64,000 nt of DNA from Diplonema japonicum. Lineage: Eukaryota > Protista > Euglenozoa: Diplonemea. The translations under genes were made by a program, and so were the position numbers. The notes beneath the pieces were generated by a model. That model had not been told where the DNA came from and did not search any database. It saw nothing but the letters and a program-made list of their open reading frames with translations. Shown here piece after piece: positions 59,402-64,000 of the stretch. The DNA lies in contig OZ025703.1 of the NCBI GenBank assembly GCA_964019335.1, forward strand, positions 186,001-250,000, in the 5' to 3' direction. The stretch's first letter is position 1. The number at the start of each line of letters is the position of its first letter.

Positions 59402-62400
59402 TCATGTGTCCTGAGTCTCATGTGTCCTGCGCAGTCTCATGTGTCCTGCGTAGTCTCATGTGTCCTGCGTAGTCTCATGTGTCCTGCGCAGTCTCATGTG
59501 TCCTGCGCAGTCTCATGTGTCCTGCGTAGTCTCATGTGTCCTGCGTAGTCTCATGTGTCCTGCGTAGTCTCATGTGTCCTGCGCAGTCTCATGTGTCCTG
59601 CGCAGTCTCATGTGTCCTGCGTAGTCTCATGTGTCCTGCGTAGTCTCATGTGTCCTGCGTAGTCTCATGTGTCCTGCGCAGTCTCATGTGTCCTGCGTAG
59701 TCTCATGTGTCCTGCGTAGTCTCATGTGTCCTGCGCAGTCTCATGTGTCCTGCGTAGTCTCATGTGTCCTGCGCAGTCTCATGTGTCCTGCGCAGTCTCA
59801 TGTGTCCTGCGTAGTCTCATGTGTCCTGCGTAGTCTCATGTGTCCTGCGCAGTCTCATGTGTCCTGCGCAGTCTCATGTGTCCTGCGCAGTCTCATGTGT
59901 CCTGCGCAGTCTCATGTGTCCTGCGTAGTCTCATGTGTCCTGCGCAGTCTCATGTGTCCTGCGCAGTCTCATGTGTCCTGCGTAGTCTCATGTGTCCTGC
60001 GCAGTCTCATGTGTCCTGCGCAGTCTCATGTGTCCTGCGCAGTCTCATGTGTCCTGCGCAGTCTCATGTGTCCTGCGCAGTCTCATGTGTCCTGCGCAGT
60101 CTCATGTGTCCTGCGCAGTCTCATGTGTCCTGCGCAGTCTCATGTGTCCTGCGTAGTCTCATGTGTCCTGCGTAGTCTCATGTGTCCTGCGCAGTCTCAT
60201 GTGTCCTGCGTAGTCTCATGTGTCCTGCGCAGTCTCATGTGTCCTGCGCAGTCTCATGTGTCCTGCGTAGTCTCATGTGTCCTGCGCAGTCTCATGTGTC
60301 CTGCGCAGTCTCATGTGTCCTGCGTAGTCTCATGTGTCCTGCGCAGTCTCATGTGTCCTGCGCAGTCTCATGTGTCCTGCGTAGTCTCATGTGTCCTGCG
60401 CAGTCTCATGTGTCCTGCGCAGTCTCATGTGTCCTGCGTAGTCTCATGTGTCCTGCGCAGTCTCATGTGTCCTGCGCAGTCTCATGTGTCCTGCGCAGTC
60501 TCATGTGTCCTGCGTAGTCTCATGTGTCCTGCGTAGTCTCATGTGTCCTGCGCAGTCTCATGTGTCCTGCGTAGTCTCATGTGTCCTGCGTAGTCTCATG
60601 TGTCCTGCGCAGTCTCATGTGTCCTGCGCAGTCTCATGTGTCCTGCGTAGTCTCATGTGTCCTGCGCAGTCTCATGTGTCCTGCGCAGTCTCATGTGTCC
60701 TGCGTAGTCTCATGTGTCCTGCGCAGTCTCATGTGTCCTGCGCAGTCTCATGTGTCCTGCGCAGTCTCATGTGTCCTGCGTAGTCTCATGTGTCCTGCGT
60801 AGTCTCATGTGTCCTGCGCAGTCTCATGTGTCCTGCGTAGTCTCATGTGTCCTGCGTAGTCTCATGTGTCCTGCGCAGTCTCATGTGTCCTGCGCAGTCT
60901 CATGTGTCCTGCGTAGTCTCATGTGTCCTGCGCAGTCTCATGTGTCCTGCGCAGTCTCATGTGTCCTGCGTAGTCTCATGTGTCCTGCGCAGTCTCATGT
61001 GTCCTGCGCAGTCTCATGTGTCCTGCGCAGTCTCATGTGTCCTGCGCAGTCTCATGTGTCCTGCGCAGTCTCATGTGTCCTGCGTAGTCTCATGTGTCCT
61101 GCGTAGTCTCATGTGTCCTGCGCAGTCTCATGTGTCCTGCGCAGTCTCATGTGTCCTGCGTAGTCTCATGTGTCCTGCGCAGTCTCATGTGTCCTGCGCA
61201 GTCTCATGTGTCCTGCGTAGTCTCATGTGTCCTGCGCAGTCTCATGTGTCCTGCGCAGTCTCATGTGTCCTGCGCAGTCTCATGTGTCCTGCGCAGTCTC
61301 ATGTGTCCTGCGTAGTCTCATGTGTCCTGCGTAGTCTCATGTGTCCTGCGCAGTCTCATGTGTCCTGCGCAGTCTCATGTGTCCTGCGCAGTCTCATGTG
61401 TCCTGCGCAGTCTCATGTGTCCTGCGCAGTCTCATGTGTCCTGCGTAGTCTCATGTGTCCTGCGCAGTCTCATGTGTCCTGCGCAGTCTCATGTGTCCTG
61501 CGTAGTCTCATGTGTCCTGCGCAGTCTCATGTGTCCTGCGCAGTCTCATGTGTCCTGCGTAGTCTCATGTGTCCTGCGTAGTCTCATGTGTCCTGCGCAG
61601 TCTCATGTGTCCTGCGCAGTCTCATGTGTCCTGCGCAGTCTCATGTGTCCTGCGCAGTCTCATGTGTCCTGCGCAGTCTCATGTGTCCTGCGCAGTCTCA
61701 TGTGTCCTGCGCAGTCTCATGTGTCCTGCGTAGTCTCATGTGTCCTGCGTAGTCTCATGTGTCCTGCGCAGTCTCATGTGTCCTGCGCAGTCTCATGTGT
61801 CCTGCGCAGTCTCATGTGTCCTGCGTAGTCTCATGTGTCCTGCGCAGTCTCATGTGTCCTGCGCAGTCTCATGTGTCCTGCGTAGTCTCATGTGTCCTGC
61901 GTAGTCTCATGTGTCCTGCGCAGTCTCATGTGTCCTGCGCAGTCTCATGTGTCCTGCGCAGTCTCATGTGTCCTGCGCAGTCTCATGTGTCCTGCGCAGT
62001 CTCATGTGTCCTGCGCAGTCTCATGTGTCCTGCGTAGTCTCATGTGTCCTGCGTAGTCTCATGTGTCCTGCGCAGTCTCATGTGTCCTGCGTAGTCTCAT
62101 GTGTCCTGCGCAGTCTCATGTGTCCTGCGTAGTCTCATGTGTCCTGCGCAGTCTCATGTGTCCTGCGCAGTCTCATGTGTCCTGCGTAGTCTCATGTGTC
62201 CTGCGTAGTCTCATGTGTCCTGCGCAGTCTCATGTGTCCTGCGTAGTCTCATGTGTCCTGCGCAGTCTCATGTGTCCTGCGTAGTCTCATGTGTCCTGCG
62301 TAGTCTCATGTGTCCTGCGCAGTCTCATGTGTCCTGCGTAGTCTCATGTGTCCTGCGCAGTCTCATGTGTCCTGCGCAGTCTCATGTGTCCTGCGTAGTC

Positions 62401-62407
62401 TCATGTC
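59402..62407 (+). repeat. 19-bp minisatellite gtctcatgtgtcctgcgYa, ~157 units
   Basis: ~3.0 kb / 19 bp; a single C/T variable position; same flanks as the 6-unit array at 7978. Confidence 0.97.
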
Positions 62408-62531
62408 GTCCTTCTGAACCACAATCCTAGTCTCAAGCCCACCAACTTGGCCAACGTTTTTCAAAAGAAAGAAAGAAATACCTTATCCCACAGATTTCAA
62501 CACTAACACATTTTAACAAAACAAAAACAAA

Positions 62532-63530
62532 ATGGGTTCCGTAGGAAGCATTGCAGCCGTCATCGACGTGTCCATCACAGCCTTCTACTTGGACATGAGG
62601 GTGAACCTCGATGGTGGCAGCGGGTGGCAGAGTCCCATCCACTGTGGGGCTTTCCCCAACGGAGCTGGCAGCAGAAGACCCCAAGACTATACTCGTGTGT
62701 CTAGGTGGCCGTCTCACGACGGGAGTGGCAGCTACTTCATGCCGAGGATCACAAGGGATGCCTACAACAATGCCATCAGTCCTCATGTCACTTACGAGGT
62801 GAAGTGCAGCATTGACCCCGACTGGGGCAGTTGGGATTACCTCAGCACGTATGTGAGGACCCCTGCTGCTCCGACACCGGCTCCCACCCCTGTCCCAACT
62901 CCTGCTCCCACACCCGAGCCCACTCCTGCCCCTACACCTGAGCCCACTCCTGCTCCCACACCTGAGCCGACCCCTGTCCCGACCCCTGCCCCCACACCTG
63001 TCCCCACCCCTGCTCCCTGTGTGACTGGGGTGAAGCTGAACGGGGTCCCCGTGACTGAGATCGACATGGACGGACAGGAGACCCTTGACCTCGGGGGGAA
63101 GACCTGGTCGCACTTCCCGAACTCCATGAACGGGATGCACGCCTACTCCCTCCCGTACCCTGTTCCCGCAACAACTGAGATCGAGATGACCTGCTGCGGT
63201 GGGGAGGAGTGTGTGTTCTTCATGGCTCTGTACAACTGTGCTGCATGCCTCGGACCCAGGCCTGCTGGCCTCGCCGAGACCCTCCTCCTGGACGGGTGGG
63301 ACACTGGTGCATGCTCCCCCAGGTTCGAGGGGGACTTCAAGACCACCGCCTTCCGCAAGGGTGTTGACGCTGTGAACCAGGACGTTGTCCTCACCTACAC
63401 CGCACCCCACGAGGAGATCATGCAGGTGTTCGGGTTGGAGGGGGCTGTTCACAACCCGTGGTGTGTGAAGCCCCATGGCCCTGTGGCTCCTGGTGGAGCT
63501 GGGTGCGGTGGGAAGTGCCCTGTCTTCTAA
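62532..63530 (+). CDS. Array family type A (332 aa), variant A2'
   Basis: Loops [14 protein letters not shown] / DPDWGSWD; ends CPVF. Confidence 0.9.
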   Translation: MGSVGSIAAVIDVSITAFYLDMRVNLDGGSGWQSPIHCGAFPNGAGSRRPQDYTRVSRWPSHDGSGSYFMPRITRDAYNNAISPHVTYEVKCSIDPDWGSWDYLSTYVRTPAAPTPAPTPVPTPAPTPEPTPAPTPEPTPAPTPEPTPVPTPAPTPVPTPAPCVTGVKLNGVPVTEIDMDGQETLDLGGKTWSHFPNSMNGMHAYSLPYPVPATTEIEMTCCGGEECVFFMALYNCAACLGPRPAGLAETLLLDGWDTGACSPRFEGDFKTTAFRKGVDAVNQDVVLTYTAPHEEIMQVFGLEGAVHNPWCVKPHGPVAPGGAGCGGKCPVF

Positions 63531-63924
63531 GATCCTTCATGACCTTTCTTTTATTTAAATATTTCCCCCCTTCCTTCCCTGGTGGGTTATTGATAACACC
63601 CTCTCCCCATTAGGGGTTCCTATTTGTTTTCACTCCCTTTTAACACGGATTTTATCATCTGATGACCCTGTGCACACTGATTAAAGTCATTAAGTTATTT
63701 GGATATGAAATCTCCTTTTTAAAAAATAACGGCAAACCCAGATACGAAAGGATAAAATATGAAGAAGATAAAGCACACCACTTATTTATATTTTTTTTTT
63801 CCCGCAGCACCTTTCGCCGGGTGGCTGTGAAAGAAAAAATGGGGGTTTTCTTCTTCTTTCCTTTTATATTTCTGGGAATGCCTTACCCCTGTTATTCCCA
63901 CCCTCTCATTGTTTAACCTCATAT

Positions 63925-64000
63925 TTTATTTTTATTTTTATTTTTATTTTTATTTTTATTTTTATTTTTATTTTTATTTTTATTTTTATTTTTATTTTTA
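63925..64000 (+). repeat. (TTTTTA)n microsatellite
   Basis: Direct reading; runs off the window end. Confidence 0.9.

Noticed and set aside
59402-62407. CRISPR array, or SCVVSCVLRSLMCPAQSHV repeat proteins
   Set aside because: Head-to-tail 19-mers with no spacers and no cas genes; the ORFs are repeat shadows broken by TAG variants

Overview
Eukaryotic protist DNA, most consistent with a euglenozoan (diplonemid- or kinetoplastid-like; inferred, not verified). All host genes are intronless, lie on the + strand and are separated by polypyrimidine/poly-A-rich spacers, as in a trans-spliced directional gene cluster. The left end holds a complete but decayed piggyBac element (13-bp TIRs, TTAA TSD), a GST with an N-terminal RIIa/Dpy-30-like docking domain, and a family-A DNA polymerase (Pol theta/Pol I-like, polymerase domain only). 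The remaining ~58 kb is a tandem array of one unannotated gene family with 17 intact copies and 2 pseudogenes. All intact copies share a ~110-aa N-terminal FN3-like domain that is hypervariable and mosaic in two loops. This is followed either by a Pro/Thr linker and a nearly invariant Cys-rich domain ending in a CaaX-like CPVI/CPVF (332-aa type A, 289-aa type B), or by a long mucin-like Pro/Thr repeat whose stop codon and 3' flank were captured from the neighbouring DNA polymerase gene (types C/D). The array grew by nested duplications, including a ~17.1-kb tandem unit. It also carries non-LTR retroelement 3' ends inserted into T tracts, piggyBac and pogo fragments, an 18S rRNA-like fragment, a hairpin element, and a 19-bp minisatellite with 6 units in one copy and ~157 units with a binary C/T code in the other.
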